From IMG/VR virus record IMGVR_UViG_3300031992_002320: a stretch of 34,722 nucleotides of DNA; one strand, written 5' to 3'. Source of the stretch: an uncultured virus (IMG/VR IMGVR_UViG_3300031992_002320) (taxonomy: Duplodnaviria; Heunggongvirae; Uroviricota; Caudoviricetes). Made by a program: the position numbers and the translations under genes. Shown in pieces: positions 33,035 to 34,722 of this stretch; position 1 is the stretch's first letter; each line of letters opens with the position of its first letter. The notes beneath the pieces were generated by a model. It did no database searches, was not told the origin of the DNA, and was given only the letters and a program-made list of their open reading frames with translations.

Positions 33035-33167
33035 AGGGTGTTTAAGTATATTTTTTCCCGGAGAAACTCTTGGACACTGGGTTTTGGGGTTGTACGGGTG
33101 CAAATTTTTTAGAATAAGTTGTTAGAATGTATTATTTATTTTTTGGATCTGTTAGGAGGGACTGTTT

Positions 33168-34202
33168 ATGGGTTTTTGTGCTGGTTTGAGGGCCAATTTA
33201 GGGCGCTTTATGGTGGATGGGACACTTTCCGTTGGTTGCATCCGAAGTGCCTTTAACGCGGCAGGAAGCGGTGGAGGGGTGGATACCTATTCCGTGCTGG
33301 AGAGGCTCTTGGTGGTCTCTTGGGATTTCATCTGCAAGGATGAGGAGCTCAAGTGTTATTTCTTGAATCCGGATCTCAATATGTCGAAGCTCCATAAGAT
33401 GCTTCTCGATAAGTATGGATCCGCGATGGGGTACAGTGCAATGAGGCAGTTGATTTATCGAAGATGTGCATATCTCGATAGTGTTGTGCCGTCTTTGGGT
33501 GAGTTTACTGTGTTTGATTTGTTTTTCACCGAAAATGATGAGAATGATCTCGGTTTGCCGAGTGCGGTTGAGAGAGGTCATTGGGTTCAGGGTTCATTGC
33601 GTTTCGGGGTGGAGGCTTTGGAGCTGGCCGTTCATCGTAGGACTCTTTCGGGTGGTATCAGTGATATGTTTTGTCTGGAGGGCCGGTTGTTCCCAAGACC
33701 GAGCTATTGTAAGGTCGACATTGATAGGGTTAGAGAGTGTTTGGGTATTTTAGCCCCTTATGTGCGTGTAACTGTTGAAAATAAGCAGGATATTCTCCGT
33801 GGGTATGGTGATGTCCTCGCTTATTTGGGTTATCTGTTCAAGGCGGCACCTACGGAGCTTAGTCTTGAGGATGAGCGTATGCAGAAGGAGCTTTTGGATA
33901 TTCTCGCGGGCCGTGGTGTTGAGGACGAGGGAGACTATGTGATGTCGGGAGATGGTAAAGTGGTTTTGGCTTCTTCTCCGTCAATGCAGACTCAAAGTGC
34001 CAATACTGGGGTTCGTTTATCCCTTGGTGATGATGCCGAGGGTGGTGAGTCTGATGTGAGTGTCGCATCAGATGATATTTCCGATGCTGCGGGTGCTGAT
34101 GCGGTCGTAGCAGATGTTTCTGTAGTTCCGGGTGATGCTGAGGAATCGACTACCGAGCCATCCGATGTTTTCATGCCGAAGCGTAAGTTGTCTTTGGATT
34201 GA
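33168..34202 (+). CDS. Hypothetical protein with an acidic disordered C-terminus
   Basis: AGGAGG RBS; 344 aa. Confidence 0.75.
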   Translation: MGFCAGLRANLGRFMVDGTLSVGCIRSAFNAAGSGGGVDTYSVLERLLVVSWDFICKDEELKCYFLNPDLNMSKLHKMLLDKYGSAMGYSAMRQLIYRRCAYLDSVVPSLGEFTVFDLFFTENDENDLGLPSAVERGHWVQGSLRFGVEALELAVHRRTLSGGISDMFCLEGRLFPRPSYCKVDIDRVRECLGILAPYVRVTVENKQDILRGYGDVLAYLGYLFKAAPTELSLEDERMQKELLDILAGRGVEDEGDYVMSGDGKVVLASSPSMQTQSANTGVRLSLGDDAEGGESDVSVASDDISDAAGADAVVADVSVVPGDAEESTTEPSDVFMPKRKLSLD

Positions 34203-34214
34203 TGGAGGTGTTTT

Positions 34215-34722
34215 ATGATTATTGAGCGTGGATGCTTTTGTACGGATTTTGATTGGGAGAGCCTTTATTACAAAGTCAGCGGTTCGGATGACTTCGATGG
34301 GGTTTTGGATCTTTCGGCATGTTTCATTGATAGTGCCGGAGGGGCCTTGTGGTTTTGGAGGCTCTGCAGTCTGGAGAGTGTTGTTGAGGTCAGGTTGCCG
34401 GTTACCGAGGATCAGTTCGTAGTTCTCTGTTGTGTGGGAGGTACGATTGGGTTCAAGGATGTTGTTGAGAAGTTCGTTCCGTCATTTGTTCTTACGGATA
34501 TTCCCGGACAGGTGCTTGATGGGGCGTTCCATGTGGATGTTGTACGACTTTTGGGTGGAAATGTCATAGATTCGCAGGGTTCTTTGTTTTCCTTGTGGTG
34601 TATCTTGAATCATTGGCACTCATTGCATGGTGGAATGAAGGCCGTGGTGGATTTGAGGGAGATCATCTTCTATGAGATCCGCCGTCTTGAGTGGTGCTGG
34701 TTCGATGCCGATTGGCTGAGCG
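34215..34722 (+). CDS. Hypothetical protein, 3'-truncated by the window end (MIIERGCFCTDFDWES...)
   Basis: GGAGGTG RBS, ATG 34215, no stop before the window end. Confidence 0.7.
   Translation, partial: MIIERGCFCTDFDWESLYYKVSGSDDFDGVLDLSACFIDSAGGALWFWRLCSLESVVEVRLPVTEDQFVVLCCVGGTIGFKDVVEKFVPSFVLTDIPGQVLDGAFHVDVVRLLGGNVIDSQGSLFSLWCILNHWHSLHGGMKAVVDLREIIFYEIRRLEWCWFDADWLS

Noticed and set aside
7..34174. The many minus-strand ORFs in the track
   Set aside because: They are shadows of + strand genes (His/Thr/Asn/Pro-rich, no motifs), produced by the G/T skew
1..34722. Stop-codon reassignment (alternative genetic code)
   Set aside because: Long conserved genes read intact in code 11, TAA, TAG and TGA all end genes, and no suppressor tRNA was found

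Overview
All credible genes in this window lie on the + strand, which is strongly G/T-skewed. The content looks like part of a very large Bacillota (Clostridia-type) phage or giant extrachromosomal element rather than a core chromosome. Signals are GGAGG RBSs and sigmaA-type TTGACA-17-TAnnnT promoters; there are many orphan ORFs and no virion genes, so phage versus megaplasmid cannot be decided here. From left to right: (1) 1-5.4 kb, a type VII secretion-like locus: C-terminal end of a degenerate FtsK/EssC-like ATPase, three WXG100/Esx-like proteins, a helical partner, a membrane-spanning effector-like protein and a TPR protein. (2) A tmRNA (tag ANNDYAMVA), then HD-GYP, DnaQ-like exonuclease and XRE-HTH genes. 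(3) A ~5.3 kb RNA array (10.27-15.54 kb) with 12 canonical tRNAs, none with encoded CCA and one a rare tRNA-Pro(AGG). These are interleaved with about a dozen altered tRNA-like RNAs and pseudoknotted ncRNA candidates, including two covarying copies of a ~100-nt tRNA mimic with a GAAA tetraloop instead of an anticodon. (4) GGDEF protein, two C5 DNA methyltransferases, metK, guanylate kinase-like and ASCH genes. (5) A lipoprotein, a 1420-aa FtsK/HerA-like ATPase, an AcrVA2-like protein, DUF4406-like, histone H1-like and ART/KptA-like genes, plus a phased ~32-bp repeat tract. All calls come from manual reading; no database search was run.
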